Below, in pieces: positions 37,941-54,550 of a stretch of DNA of 64,000 nt. The stretch lies in the NCBI RefSeq assembly GCF_009914755.1, contig NC_060927.1; one strand, written 5' to 3'. Both the position numbers and the translations under genes were made by a program. Each line of letters begins with the position of its first letter. The first letter of the stretch is position 1. Below the pieces are notes generated by a model. That model made no database searches. It was not told where the DNA came from and was given only the letters and a program-made list of their open reading frames with translations. The stretch is from the human T2T-CHM13v2.0 reference genome, Homo sapiens.

Positions 37941-38871
37941 CTTAGACCCAAGTAGGTCTTCCTGAGCTCTAACCTAAATCTTTCCTTGTTGATAACTCTT
38001 TCTTGGAAACAAGGCTAAACCTCTTGTGCAAATCTATTGCATAAAACAGCGCAGCTAAAAAAAAAAGTCTTTCTCTGGGGTAAAATTGATTCAATTCCTT
38101 TATTTCTCTGTACTCCCCTTGGCCATCTGCCCACCTGGGCATGGGAACTCCACACGGAGGGTCTGGCAGCACTGTCGGTGTGGGCCAGGAGCATTCCAGG
38201 ACTGATCCGCTTCCCAACTACTTTGAACATTCCGCTTCCCTCACCTGGAGTTCTCAAAGGCAAGTGCAAGGGAATGTGGTTTCATCATCTACACCTGGTT
38301 TGTTTTGTCTGGGACTTCTACCTGTAGGTTTCAAGACTCCTGAATGAAATCATCAATAAGCATCTTTAGATGAGGAAAGATTAGCTAAGCAAACACTTGA
38401 CACCTACCAGTTGCAGCCCTAGGAGAAGCAGACATGAGCTCACCTACCTTTCCAGCACATGGGTGGATTCACGTCTGCAGCCCAGGGGCCTGTGACCTTA
38501 GCAGTAGGTCACAGGACACATACTGGTAAGCCACATAAGGAACGGACATCTACACACTGGTGATACGCTGGGCGTCTGATCTTTATGGCTCTGGCAGAAT
38601 TTGTGTATAGGAGAGAAGCAGAGCCCTCATGGGATTTTCAAACTGTGGGAAGGCATGGACAGAATGCCCCATTCCAGGTCTCCTTGCAGAAGCTTACCCC
38701 AAGCATGCCTTCCTCCTCTCATCAGTGACTTCAACAAAATACCTCTGCTCCCTGCATCCTCCATTTGGGGTTTCCTATTGCTCAATGATGCTCACCATTC
38801 CTGGAGCCCTTGGCCTGCTGCTGCCACATTCTGTCCTATACCTGTCTTGAGTGTCACTGCCCTTGGCCCCC

Positions 38872-39311
38872 ATGGCAGTGTTTTTGATGTGGCAACTCGG
38901 CTAGGCCACAGTCTGCAGTTATTCAAATACCAATCTGGGTGTTGCTGTGAAGGGAGTTTGCAGATGTAATTAAAATACATAATCAGTTGACACTGGGTAA
39001 GGGAGATTATCCTAGATAATTTGGGTGGGCCAGACTCAATCAGTTGGAAGGCCTTTAAAGCAGAGGTTGAGAGACAGACAGAAGGAGAGAGAGGGAAAAA
39101 AAGAGAGAGAAATTCTCCCTGTGTACAGCAGCTTTTGTGCTTGTGAGTTCCAGCCTGCCTGGGATCATCCCTTCCTGACTGCCTGCCCTGTGAATTTTGA
39201 AGCTGCTTAGCCAGCTCCTCAAATTATGTAAGCCAAATTTTGTAATGAATCTCTTCGTGTGTGTGTGTGTGTGTGTGTGTATCTTCTACTGTCTCTGGTT
39301 TGGTTGAACCA
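38872..39311 (+). mobile_element. ERVL MLT2-type LTR with an embedded (GT)n microsatellite at 39257-39280
   Basis: gttgctgtgaaggg...atcagttgac...gggagattatcctagataat...ctcaatcagttggaaggcct. Confidence 0.75.
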
Positions 39312-40091
<780 letters not shown>

Positions 40092-40626
40092 AAAATTTGT
40101 CAAATTGGGGGCTTTCCAGTGAAGGAAAACAGGCACTTTCTAGTTGCCAAGCATGACTCAGCCATGGAGAAGACAGAGGTTTACAGTGGAAAACAATGAC
40201 CATGACATTCAGAGAAAAGTATAGAGGGTAGGGCGAGCCCAGCTGGCATGCCAGTCCACCTGTCCAAATCCTTCACACATTTCCTATTAGGTTTCTTGTA
40301 GATTATCAAGATTCCTTGTGCATTCTGTATATTCGTCCCTCGTCAGTTTTAGACATTACAAACATCTCACATTCTGGCATTCTTTTTGCTTTAAACACTC
40401 TTATTTTAAACATTCTTATCTGTTATTAAAGTAGATAAATCATCTTTCTTTAGCTGGCATTCTTCTATTACATCTTCTTCTGTTTCTTGATTTTCAATCT
40501 TTCTGTGTCATATTGTTTTAGATGTCTCTTTTAAAGAGCATGTAACTAGATTTTATCTCTATTTTTTATCCAATCTGAGATGCTGTAGCTTTGAAATAAT
40601 GAGTAGTCCATTTTCATGTGTTATAA

Positions 40627-40927
<301 letters not shown>

Positions 40928-41154
40928 CATGTATTATAATTTTTGATAAATCTAGATTTGTATCAACCTGATTATATTTATATTGTGTTCCTATTTACCA
41001 TGAAGTTTATTTTTGGCTGTTTTATTTTATTTTATTTTTAACCATTTCCCCTTCCTTTTCTAGGCTTTTATTATTTAATTAGGTTTCTTTATTCTTTACT
41101 CTCTTTTGTCTTAGAAGGTATATTCAATGTCTTTTGTCTTAATGATTACCCACA

Positions 41155-42650
41155 TATTTTAAAAATTGTGATAAAATGTGTGTAACATAAAACTTGCCAT
41201 CTTACCCTTTTTTATTAACACTATTTTTTGAGACAGAGTCTTGCCTGGGCTGGAGTGCAGTGGTGCAATCATGGCTAAAAGCATCCTTGACCTCCGAGGC
41301 TCAAGCAATCCTCCCACCTCAGCTGGCACATGCTACCATGCCTGGCTAATTTTTTTATTTCTATTTTTTTAAATTTTTTGTGGAGATGAGGTCTCACTTT
41401 GTTGCCCAGGCTGGTCTCAAAATCCTGGGCTTAAGCAATCTTCCTGCCTCAGCCTCCCAAAGTGCTGGGATTACAGGCATGAGCCACCACTGCCTAGCCT
41501 ATCTCAAGTTCAGTGGCATTAAGTACATTCACGTGTTGTGCGACCATCACCGTCATCCATCTCTAGAACTCTTTTTGTCTTGCAAAACTGAGACTCTATA
41601 CCCCTTGAACAATAACTCCCCATTTCCCCTTACCCCTAGCTCCTAGCAACCACCATTCTGTTTTCTGTCTCTATGAATTTTACTATTCTAGGTATCTCAT
41701 GTAAATGGAATCATACAGTATTTTGTCGTTCTGTGACTGGCTTATTTCATTTAGAGTAATGTTGTCAAGTTTCATCTGTATTGTAGCATGTGTCAGAATT
41801 TCCTTTCTTTTTAAGGCTGAATAATATTCTATTGTATGTATATACACATTTTGTTTATCCATTTATCTATTGATGGACATCTGGGTTATTTCCATGTTTT
41901 GGCTATCGTGAATGGTGCTGCTAGAAACATAACTGCACAAATATCTCTTTGAGACCCTGCTTTCAATGTTTTTGGATATATACCCAGAAGCAAAACTGCT
42001 AGATCATATTATGACTCTACTTTTAATTTGTTCAGGAACTGCCATACTGTTTTCCATAGCAGCTGCATCATTTTACATTCCCACCAATAGTGCACAAGGG
42101 TTCCAATTTCTCTCCATCCTCAGAAACACTTGTTATATTCTGTTGTTTTGTTTTTTTATAGTAGCCATCCTAATGGGTGTGATGTCACATTGTGGTTTTG
42201 ATTTGTATTTCTCTAATGATTTGCAATGTTGAGCATCTTTTCATGTGCCTTTTGGCCACTTGTGTATCATTTTTAGAGAAATGTCTATTCAAGTCCTTTG
42301 CCAATTTTTAAATTCGGTTTGTTGTTGTTGAGTTCTAAGAACTCTTTATATATTCTGGATATTCATCTTTCATCAGATATATGATTTGCAGACATTTTCT
42401 CCCATTCTGTAGATTGCCTTCTCATTCTCTTGATTGTGTCACTTGATGCACAGAAGTTTTAAATTTTGATGTAATACAATTTATCTATTTTAACTTTTGT
42501 TGCCTGTACTTTCAGTATCATATCCAAGAAATCCTTGCCAAATCCAATGGTATAAAGCTTTCCCTGTGTTTTCCTCTAAGAGTTTTATAGTTTTAGGTCT
42601 TACATTTAGATCTTTTATTCATTTGAAGTTAATTTCTATATAGGGCATAA
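41155..42650 (-). mobile_element. L1MB-type LINE 3' region, interrupted by an AluJ
   Basis: taacataaaacttgccatctta; aatggaatcatacagtattt; aaggctgaataatattctattgtatg; cattcccaccaatagtgcacaagggttcc; aaatgtctattcaagtcctttgcc. Confidence 0.9.
41225..41499 (-). mobile_element. Alu (AluJ-type), internally deleted
   Basis: ggctggagtgcagtggtgcaatcatggct...ggcttaagcaatcttcctgcctcagcctcccaaagtgctggg. Confidence 0.9.
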
Positions 42651-45370
42651 AGTAAGCATCACTATACCATATGGATGGCATAAATTCTGTTTCTGATTCT
42701 ATGTGATATAGCCTTGGGGTTTTAGTTTCTCAGAGAAATTTTTTTACCCAGAGATCTTGTTAGAGACAAACCCCTGCTGACCCTGGAGTAGTGGGCAGGG
42801 TTTTATTAGTTCCCTTTTCACCAAGGCACCTAGCTTTATGAATGGGTCTCAGTTTCAACTCCCCTATCATCTTTGAGTACCTGTGTGAGTACTAAATTCC
42901 AGCATCCATTAGGAGTTCCTTTAGCATCTCTTTACTGGTCTAACCACACCACACATATTTCCTCCTTATTCCTTGTGCAGGGTCAACTGATGTCCTCATT
43001 GTTCCTGTGTTCAATTCATTCTTCATTTCTTTCACCTAAAGATTTCACTTTCTTTCTTGCAAGTTCTGCCATGTATTTAAATCTCTGGTGCTGTTCTATT
43101 TTATGTGGTGTTTGTAGTAGGAGGGATTCCATGTGAACCTGTCATGTTGATGGAAACCATAATTCACAATAGCTGCTTATGGTTCATCTTACCCCACCTA
43201 ACCACAGCCTTTAGAAGGAAGATAGGGACCTTGTCTGATTCACAGTCGTGCTCCCCATACGGAGGTTCTGTATGAGAACCATGAAGGTGACTTGTTAAAA
43301 TTCAGTCCATGACCCCAGATGCATTAAATATAATCCAGTAATGTCTCTACCCCATTCTCTCTCACAAAACCAAATCCTTTTTGCTATCATATGATATGCT
43401 TTGTGACTTTGTATTTATTTGTGCTCTGTCCACTGTCTATCTCACTCATATGGGCATAGTCCACTCTGTTTTATTCATTATCGGATCTCCAGTGGTTGAT
43501 GACAGGAGGTCAATAAGAATAAATGAATGAATAAATGGGTCTCCAGCATCCATCCCAACACCAGTCTTGGCCTCAAAATTCAGAAACCCCTGCTGTTTAC
43601 ACTAGTAGAGTTTTACCTTTCAAACAGTGGATGGTCAATAAACTCTCACCAACAACTGGGTGAAAACCCACCCAAGAATGTTCTCTACATCCTCCCAGGC
43701 AGAAAACCCCAGGCTCAGGAACAGACCCCTAGTTAGCACCTAGCAGATCCCATCCTGGCTTCTGTCCTCACCACCTCACCCTCAGGCCTACTCTTCCTAC
43801 ATGGCAAGGAGCCAATCAGATACATTTGCTTCTCCAGGATGTTTGGCCAAACCTTAGGGCTGAATTCCTACACTCTGAGCCAGCCCCTGGGAGTGGGCAC
43901 CAGAAGAGCAGAGAGAGCAGATTCCTGGACAGAATCACTTCTTGATCTTCCCAGAAAGGAAAAGGCTCCACATTCTTGCCTCCCTTTAAGACTTCAAGTA
44001 TTGTTATCTGACTTTGCCTCAATTTCTGGAAAGCCATGACTCAACTGTGACAACAGATGGAAAAATGCAGTGGGAACAGTGATGGCACTGCAGGGGTCAG
44101 TCCTTCTAGACAACCCCATCCTCTTGGCTGCAATCCCAGCTGCATCCTTGGTCCACCCTCAGGTAATCAGAGAAGAGCCACTTCCATCGTACATCACATT
44201 TTACATACCACAATGAGATGTCTTGGTATGCCTGCCAAAGGAAGCTGGGGCATGACCACAGACTGTAGGGCTTTTTAATGGATAGATTTTTCTAAGCATA
44301 AATACAGGACATGTTTACTGTAGAAAATGGAAAACACTGAAATTCACAAAGACAAAAAACAAAACCATTTATAGGTTTCACACACAGTATAGGTACGTGC
44401 CCTTCAAGTCTTCCTTCTCTGTATACTGTGATTTTGACAAATTTGGATCATCTCTACATGTGCTTATCCATCCTGCCTTCTTTACTTAACATTAGAGAAT
44501 GAACTCTTCCCCCAAATTTCAACTATTTTCCATAAGACTTTTTAAAAAATGATTTGCATGTATTTTATAGATGGATGTCCCATGATTTATTTATTGACTC
44601 TCTGATTGCTGGATATACAAGTCACCTCCTCACTGTAAGTTTCTGAGAAGGTGAGTCATATGATAAAGCATTATGCAGCTGACTGGGTTTCCATTTATTC
44701 TTTCACTTAGAAATCAAGAGTTTAAGCCACTTGACTGCCCCACGCCCATGAAGGGCGTAAATGCTCATGTGCCATACAGCTGGAGTGTGCGTCTAGGCTT
44801 ACAACCATGGGTTAGGGAATGCGCAAAGAAAGAGGAAACTGAGGAATGAAGACCTTCAGGACCACCACTGATGAATTTGGCTTGGGAAAATACAACAACA
44901 GATATAAATAGGCAGTTCTGGTGTGTCCATTGTTATAAAGCAATCAAATAGCAAAGTCTGGCTCAACAGTCTGTGGTTTGTGGTGAAGTACATAGAGAAA
45001 AAATCTTAAGACGGGGACTCCCAGAGAGCCCCAATTCCAGATCTGTCACTGTGGAATGTGGCAATTCCCATGGGCTGCCTCCCAATGTCCTCCACTATAA
45101 AATGTGGGCAATGCATACCTCACAGTATGGCAGGGAGGGTTTGGTCAGTGTTTCTGAAAGGACCTACCCTTGTCCATATTATCTCAGTAAATTTGGTACA
45201 TAATGGGTGCTCCCAGGAAGAGGCCTCAAGTGTATTTGCATTCACAACTAAATATCCATACACCACCCTATGTTTTACCACATGTGTGTCCTAATGAAAT
45301 GTGCCCATATTTGTGATAGTAGCTCAGAAAATTATAATTGCTGCTAAAAATGTGTTGGTGCTAAGGGTGG

Positions 45371-46073
<703 letters not shown>

Positions 46074-46127
46074 GGTGGGAATTCTAAATATTTGTGATTT
46101 TAAGGCAATCAAAACAGGCTTGACTAA

Positions 46128-46493
<366 letters not shown>

Positions 46494-48056
46494 TACACAT
46501 TAAATTTACACATGGATTCAGTGGGCCCATGATGTGGGAGTCCTGGGACTCTGAGGACTGAAGAAGAAGGAGGCTTGAGCTGCTGTGAGGACGATCTCAG
46601 CTGTGCGGAAGGCAGCGTCCTGATATCAAGGGCAATTTGAAAATGAAATTGGCAACCACAGCCCTGTGAGTTCACTTTCCAAGTCAGGGACACGTTCCAG
46701 AGGTGGAGTAGTTGCCATATACAAGGCTGGTTCTTCATTAACTTGGACCTGCCACATACCACCCTGCGGGGTGCAGCCCTGGAGCACAGGCTGGGACCCA
46801 TAAGACCCGTTCCCACTAGCACTGGGTGAGATGCCCTGTGTGAGGGGTCTCTGTTAGCCCTCTGGCAATGAAGCCAGGGAATGTTGTCTCCAGTGAGCCC
46901 CTTTTCTACTTCCTCCAGAGAGATGTTGTCCTTTTAGAGGCTGGAGGGTGAAGTCAATGACCTGTCTAGGATACTCCATGAAAGCTTCCAAAGTTGCTGA
47001 GCAGTGAGAGCTGGGGCGTGAGAACAGAGGGAGGCGGGGGTAAGAAGGAGGAGTGTGAGAGATGACGTGGGCACAGATCTGGGGGCTGATGAGGGCATCA
47101 CAAACTTGCAAGGCCTAGTGCAGGGGGCATCATGGGAGGGTCTCTGCTGGGCCACTTTCCAGCTGCTGCCACAAAGCCTGAGACACTCACATGAGTGGTG
47201 ACCAGGCTCCTGTCAGTGACCAGAACCAGCAACGAAACCTTTGTGATCTGGGACATCAGGAGTTGGGGGCCACACATGTCCCAGCAACGCCCACCTTCAG
47301 AGCTTAGTTTGGCTTTCAGAGGAGGGTGGCACTGACTACCTGGTTTTCTATTTCAACCCTGCTGAGCAGTCCACAGTTAGAGGGGCTTCTGGGAGAGGGG
47401 AGACAGTATTGTACTAGAAACAGTGAAGCAAGTGACCAGGAAGTAATGGGTTCTGCTAGCTTCAAGCTTCACTCTGGGGAACACACATGGAAGGGCAGGT
47501 AAAGATTTCAGCTCCACACAGGAGAAACCTGGTACATGCCTGGGGTGCTACAATGTTCTGGGTCTGCCTTGTGCTACAGTGAGCTCCCCATCAGAACTCT
47601 GCAAGCAGAGGCAAGGACATCAAGAGGATTCCTGCGTCTTTGAGCAGATGAGCTTTCTCATCACTGTCTAGTCTGAAAGTCAATAATTCCATAAGCCAGG
47701 AAGCACCATCTTTCAATAGCTCAGCTTTATCAACATTTATATAGATTCTATACAATAAGATGTTGAAAAACACTGTAAAAAATCATGGCCAGTAATGAAG
47801 GTGGGAAGCTAGGTGGGAGGACTTCTACATAGAAACCAGAGAGGGAAATGAGCTCCACCGCTGTGCAGAAGCCCAGCAACTGCCATCCTGGCTGTCACTT
47901 GCCTGCTCTCTGGGAGCCCCCATTTCTTCTCCCCATAGGTCCCTAAGGTTCATTTCCACTCTTGGACACCATCCCTGACTCTCCTCGGCACTTCCCCTGC
48001 ACCACAGTCAGAAGGTGCATGTTTGTTCTTGTAAAATGTCATAGCAAGGGAGGCAG

Positions 48057-48167
48057 TGAGGTGACCAACTCGTTCCAATTTGCCCACAACTTTCCCAGTT
48101 TCAAAACTGAAAGTCTGGTGTCTTAACCCCCTCAGTCCTGGGCAAATGAAGACATTTGGTCACCTTG
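48057..48167. mobile_element. MER81-like hAT-Blackjack MITE
   Basis: TIRs aggtgaccaa / ttggtcacct. Perfect 8-bp TSD ggaggcag (48049-48056 / 48168-48175). Confidence 0.85.
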
Positions 48168-50297
48168 GGAGGCAGGGAACTTATAGGCAATTTTTTCTTG
48201 GAAACTTGGGAGACTTTCAGGGAGCCAAGTATAAACAGCAACACCTAGTAAAGAGCTTCACCCAGTAGATATTCAATAAATGCTTACAAAGTAGACACTC
48301 AATAGATGTTTACAGTAGACACTCAATAAATGCTCACTGAGTGAGTGAGGTCCTAGCTCCATATCAGTCTCAGCTCCCAGACACATACCCCAAATACACT
48401 GTAAATCAAAGTTACAGGAGGAAGTTTTCAAAAGGGCCTGTGGCACAAGTGAAGAATGACTTGTAAAACAGTTTGAGAAACAGATCAGTTTAATCCTATT
48501 CTGCAATCTCTTTGGCAGCCAAACGAGCAGCAGGAGTGTGACTCTGGAAGCCTGCTTTCTCCCCACCCTTCCCTTCCACTGCTGTCCCTTTGCCCCCCGC
48601 CAACAGGGCCTCATTGTGCTCTCTAGCTGGTTCTGTCTGACGGTGTCCCATGGGGCCCGGCCCAGGAATTTTCTGATGTCCACACCTCACACACTTGTCC
48701 CACTTAAATTGTCTAGGTACCATTCCCTCTGCACCTGACAAGCTGGGTGGGTAAGTCAACCAGATAAACTAGTTCCAATGTGAGGTCTGCCTGTGTTGTA
48801 TTTCCCAAACTCAATTCACTCCACCTGGGAGTCCATATCTGGGAGAGCCAAGTTAGACACACACATCTTCCTAGAGCATCAATGTTACTCCAAGGTTTGG
48901 AGAGAAATATGACATATTATTTGGAAACACATAGATTGTGGAGGACAATATATCATTCATTTGATTTTAAGATTAAAGTATAAAAATATATCAAAGAAAT
49001 GTAATACTCAGGAGTCAGGCCACATCCCCAGACATCTCCCCTCACGCACCTTGTCCTACCCCTACATGGAAACTTCTTCATTCCCTTCTAGAATTCAGGG
49101 CCTCTTGGTGGGGCAGTTTGATAAACAGTAGCTCAAGGTAGCCCTCTCTGATAACACAGGCATTTTAACTGAGGCTGTCTGTGCTCTAGGCCAGCATTTC
49201 TCAAGGGTGTTGGATGGAGCAGTTTTTAGACATAAACAAGTATGACTGATGTTTGGGTAAACAAAATGAAACTTGTCATCAGGACTCTCAGGTTCCTACA
49301 GGATTCCAGTAGTTTGCCACATTTCTGAAGGTAGGGGTCTGCCCTGTTCGGGGGTGGGAGACAGTGCCAAATGCTGACCAGACTGAGTGTTCCGAAGGTC
49401 ACAAGTCCTGGGGTTACTGCTCTGGCTGTGCCTGAGCCTCCAGTGTATCCATGTGAGCCTCCATAGCTTTTCCCTTCAGCAGGGCAAAGAGGCTGGAAAG
49501 ACAGGCTCAGGAAGAGAGCTGCTGGCTGCAGAGTATCATCCCATCCTTCAACCCCTCAGTGCAGTCTCAGACTTCCTGCCTGGGTTTCATCTCCACCCCT
49601 GGGCAAATTTAATCCATCCCAAACAGTAAGACACACCCAGGGAATTAAGGTCCTCTCAACTGAAAGGGCTGGGGATTACTCAAAGACAATGCGGGTGCTT
49701 TCGCCAGGTTTCATAACAGGTCTCCTAGAAGAGTCCAGACCTAACTGGCCCTGCTCCTAGTCTCATCTCAATCAGCAACTTAACATCATGAGATAAGAAT
49801 CTGAGAGTCTGAAAGGACCTCAGAGATCACTGAGCTCAGGCCCAAATGCTGGTGGATGAGAGAATCCAGAGCTGAGAGATGTTCCGTGGTCACGGGAAGA
49901 AGAAGAGTGAGATGACCAGGTGGGAATCCCTGCTTTGCCAGTTACTGGATATGTGGCATTGGATGAGCCTTGGTTTCCTCAACTGTGACATGGAGACGTT
50001 GATACCTCTCTTGCAGGGCTGTCATTAAGATTAGAAAAAATTTAGGAACATAGACTTGAAAATCAACTTCAAGGGAAAAAACATACCAATCAGCTAAGGG
50101 CAGAAGAAAAGCTGGAGCACATAAATACATAAGATCCCCTCACTTACCAAAAGCAAGCGTTAAACCTGTCCTTAAATCTTCCTAAAAGCCAGAATAGAAG
50201 AAAAACTGAACAGGTAATAAAATTTGGTATCCATAAGATGAACACATACCATTGCCCAATAAAACCAAGCTTTTATCCAACTTCAGGACTTGCTCTA

Positions 50298-50931
50298 CAT
50301 TATTCACAATAGCGAAGATATGGAATCAACCTCAGCATCCATCAGTGGATGAATAGGTAAGGAAAAATGTGGCATGTATACATATGGAATATTATTCAGC
50401 CTTTTAAAAGGGGGAAATCTTGTCAGTTGCTGCAACATGGATAAATCTAGAGGACATTATGCTAAGTGAAATAAGACAGGCACAGAAAGACAAATACCTC
50501 ATGATCTGACTTAAATGCAGAATCTAATAAAGCTGAACTCATAGAAGTAAAAAGTAGAATGATGGTTACAGAGGCTGGGGGTGGGGTGGGAGGGGGGAAA
50601 TGGGGAGTGGTTGATCCAAGGTACAAAGTTTCAGAGAGATGGGAGGAATAGATTTTGAGATCTGTTGCATAGCAGAGTGACTATAGTCAACAATAATGTA
50701 ATATATATTTCAAAACAATAGTAAATTTCCAATGTCTCACCATAAAAAATGATAGATAAGCGAGGTCAAGATACATTAATTAGCTTGATTTAATCACGCC
50801 ACATTGCACAGATTAAAACGTCACATTGTACTCCATAATGTATACAATTATGCCAATCAAAAACTTGTCAATCAAAAATAATAAATTTTTAAAGAAAATA
50901 AAGATGGATGGGCTCATCAAATAAAAATAAA
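50298..50931 (+). mobile_element. 5'-truncated L1MA-type 3' end nested in an older L1
   Basis: cattattcacaatagcgaagatatggaatcaacct...ggacattatgctaagtgaaataag...aattagcttgatttaatc. TSD gacttgctcta (50287-50297 / 50932-50942). Confidence 0.88.
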
Positions 50932-52472
50932 GACTTGCTCTAGCTTCAGTAATGAAGACAGACTGGTATCAGCAGAAACAACGAAACAAAATAAAAAACC
51001 CAGAATAGATCCACACAAGTACAGCCAACTGATCTTTGACAAAGGTGCAATGGCAACTCAATAAAGGATAGTCTTTTCAAAAAAATGGTGGAGAAACAAC
51101 TGGATAGCAATAGGTAAAAAAACAAAACAAAACAAAACAAACAAAAAAAACACCTTAACCTAAACGTTACATCCATTCAATTAACTCAAAATAGAAAATA
51201 AGTTTAAATGTAAATGAGAAAACTTTTAGAATGAAATATAGAAGAAATCATTCGGAAACTAAGGTTTGGTGAAGAGTTCTTAGACATGACACCAAAAGCA
51301 GGATCCAGAAAATTGAAAATTGATAAATTAAAATTCATCAAAATTAAACATTTTCTCTGTAAAATACCTTGTTAAGAGGATGAAAAAATAAGCTATAGTC
51401 TAGAAGAAAATCATTTCAGACTGCATACCCCACAAGAGACTTGTGCCTAACATATATAAAGAACTCTCAAAATGCAACTGTTAAAAAAAAAAGATTACAA
51501 TTAGAAGATGGGCAAAATATAGGAAAAAACATTCCAATGAAGAGGAAATACAAACAGTAAATAAACACATGAAAAGATGTTCAATATTACGAGCCATTAG
51601 GGAAATGCAAAACAAGACCATGATGAGGTGTCACTATTCATATCTATTAGAATCGCTAAAATAAAAATTTGTAACAATACCAAATACTGATGAGGTGTCA
51701 CAGCAACTGGGTCTCTCACATATGGCTGGTGAAAATGTAAACTGGTGTGATCACTCCAGAAAACAGTTCAGCAGTTTTTTAAAAAATATCTCACCATGCA
51801 ACTAACATATAACCCAGCAAACACACTTGAGCATTTACCCTAGAGAAATGAAAATGTCCACACAAAACCTTTACACAATTGTTCATAACAGATTTATTTG
51901 TAATAGCCCCCAACTGGAAACAACCCAAATGTCCTTCAATAAGTGAACGTTTAAACAAATTATGGTACGGTCATACCATGGAATATTACTCAGCAATAAA
52001 AAGGAACAAACTATTGATACACAAAACAACTTGGATGGATCTCAAGGGCATAATGCTGAATGAAAAAAGCCAATCTCAAAAGGTCACAGATTGTATGATT
52101 CCATTTATATAACATTGTCAAAGTGACAAGATTATACAGGTGGAGGACAGATTAGTGGTTAACAGGGGTTAGAGATGGTAGTCACGGAAGCAAGGGGACG
52201 TGACTATAAACGGGTCAGCACAGGAGAAATCCTCGTGGTGATGGAATAGTTCTGTATCTTGAAGTGGTGGGGCGGTGGTTACACAAATCTTCATGTGTGA
52301 TGCAATGGCACAGAACTATACACACACTTGATAGCAATGTCAATGTTCTGCTTTTGATATTATACTGAAATTATATAAGATGCAACCACTGGCAGAAACT
52401 AGGTGAAGGCTACACAGGACCTGTAAGCACTATTTTTCCTATGAATCTGTAATTGCTATAAAATAAAAAGTT
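50932..52472 (+). mobile_element. L1MC-type LINE 3' region (end of ORF2 plus 3' UTR)
   Basis: caactgatctttgacaaaggtgcaa; the ORF-track peptide 'FVIAPNWKQPKCPS...WYGHTMEYYSAIKRN'; 3' end aaaataaaaag. Confidence 0.9.
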
Positions 52473-54284
52473 TTTTTTCAATTCTAAATCAATCATTTTG
52501 TCTGGCACTAGGAACTCAGCTGACTTTCTCTATGGTGGCTCATGAGGCCCCAGATTCCGCAGTGATAACCATCCACGTTGATCCTCCAGGATACAGACAG
52601 GTGCAGATTCACACAGCTGTGTCTTCATGTCCTTCCTCAACAGAAACAGAATGGGATGGCCAAGCACATGTTAGTGAACTTAACTTCAGAACAGGGGCCA
52701 AACTAGCCTGGCCCTGTGCAGGCTTCCTGATGGGCTCATTTGCCCTGGGAGTATCCCTGGCTGCTTAGTTCCACCATCACTGGCTCTCAGGCTCTGGCAC
52801 ATAAATGGTCTGAAGGCCAGCGCCGCCACAGGCAGAAAGGGGCTTGAAGTGAGTGCTGGGGCTGGTTAAAGACATGGAGCAGGATAAAACTAAGTGGGGG
52901 TTGAGAAGAGGGAGAATGAAGAGGGGCGAGGCCAGGGGACCCCCTCCATTCCTCTGCATACACCCTGGTCTATTACACAAGCAAGACAAAAGAAGGCAAA
53001 GGGAAGCCACGTGCACATCTCAACGTTCCAACATCACTTCTGGATCTCTCAGAATGGAAAAAACAGGTAGTCACTGTCACAACAAAAGACAGTGATCAGA
53101 AAGAGGTGAGGTGAAATGAGCTATCTATACTGCGAAACATACAACACTCTTCCATTTGTTCCATGTGAGTACCACCAGAAGACAAACTGAAAGCTAAGGA
53201 GGGCTTTCAGCATCATCCAGGAAGAGGAGGTCTGAGCGACCCATGGCCCACCTGATCCTACCCGTTCCCGTTGTTCTCTCTTCCTTTCTCCCTACAAGCA
53301 GGGGAAGCAGGCCTCTCAGGAGGCAGATGCTTAGGAACAGAACAATGTTGTCTTCAATGTTAGAGAAACACCACCCCTGGGGAGGAGTGGGCATATCTTA
53401 ACTCACTGGGTGGGTAAAGGAATTCTTGGGTTCAGGGGATTTTCTTGAGAGTGTTTTCCTGAGCATGAATCTGGTTGCTGGGATAGAGCACTTTGCTCTG
53501 GAAACTGATTAGTTAAGCAAGCCCAAGATGCCTCCCCATTGCTGGGGGTCAGAAGCCTCAGGAAGTGATGGACATAGGCCAAGACAAAGTAATTCTCCCC
53601 CCATTTTTTGGTCCTCCCAGGCCAGAAGTCACCAGGGCCACCGAAGCCAAGCTGTGAGGTTTGCCTTTCCCTTCTTCCCACTATTCTCCAGCCCTCAGTC
53701 TCCACCGGGATGTTCCCTCACTGATTGGATATACATTACTTCACTACTGGAGCTCTGGGTGTGTGATTTCCTGAAATTTGGCAGCAGTCATCAACCACTC
53801 CTTCTATAAGATAACCTCAGTTTGGTCCCAAGGGCAAGTTTTATTTTAAGGAGAAACAGAACTTCCTGAAGCCGCCAGGATAAGTCAGCTGCAAAAGCTG
53901 CCTCCCACCCCCACCCTCAGGATTACTAAATGAACCTGTTTAATTTAGCATTCTGGACACCAAATGCTGAACAGTGATTGTGGAGCAGATCTCTGCTTCT
54001 TAAGATTCCTGTAAGCTAGAGGCAACAGAGACTCTAGATTAAATCTGGTTTACTACTGCAGGAGCAGGCACATAAAACCCACCTGAAAGCTGCCACATTC
54101 TGGAGATGAGAGTTATGAAGAGGGAAAGGGTATCAGCCCGTTAGCCACTGGGAGCATCCACCTGAAGCCACTGCTGCTCCCCTTGGTCACAGCTGGGATG
54201 TATGTGTCAACAGGGCCCAGAGAAACCACTGGCCACTGGGAATAAGCACACCCCTGCTAAACCAGTGTTAAACAGCATAGTGTT

Positions 54285-54550
54285 GATGGTGAGGGCCAGC
54301 TTGAACAGGGGTTTGGGTCTTTGACTCTGAAGTCTCACATACCTGGTTCCTCTATAGTCCACCCCTTTCTGGTTATGTGAACAATTTCACAATGCCTTGT
54401 TTTCCTCATTATTAATGAGGACAATAATAGTATCCACCTGATAGGGTTGTAATGAGGATTAAATATAGATAAAGTACTTCCATAGTTCCTGGTACATTCA
54501 TACAGCTCAAATACTGTTAGCCACTATTACTATTATTTTAATCATCATTA
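54285..54550 (+). mobile_element. MIR SINE
   Basis: ctttgactctgaagtc...ttttcctcattattaatgaggacaataatagtatccacctgatagggttgtaatgaggattaaat. Confidence 0.8.
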
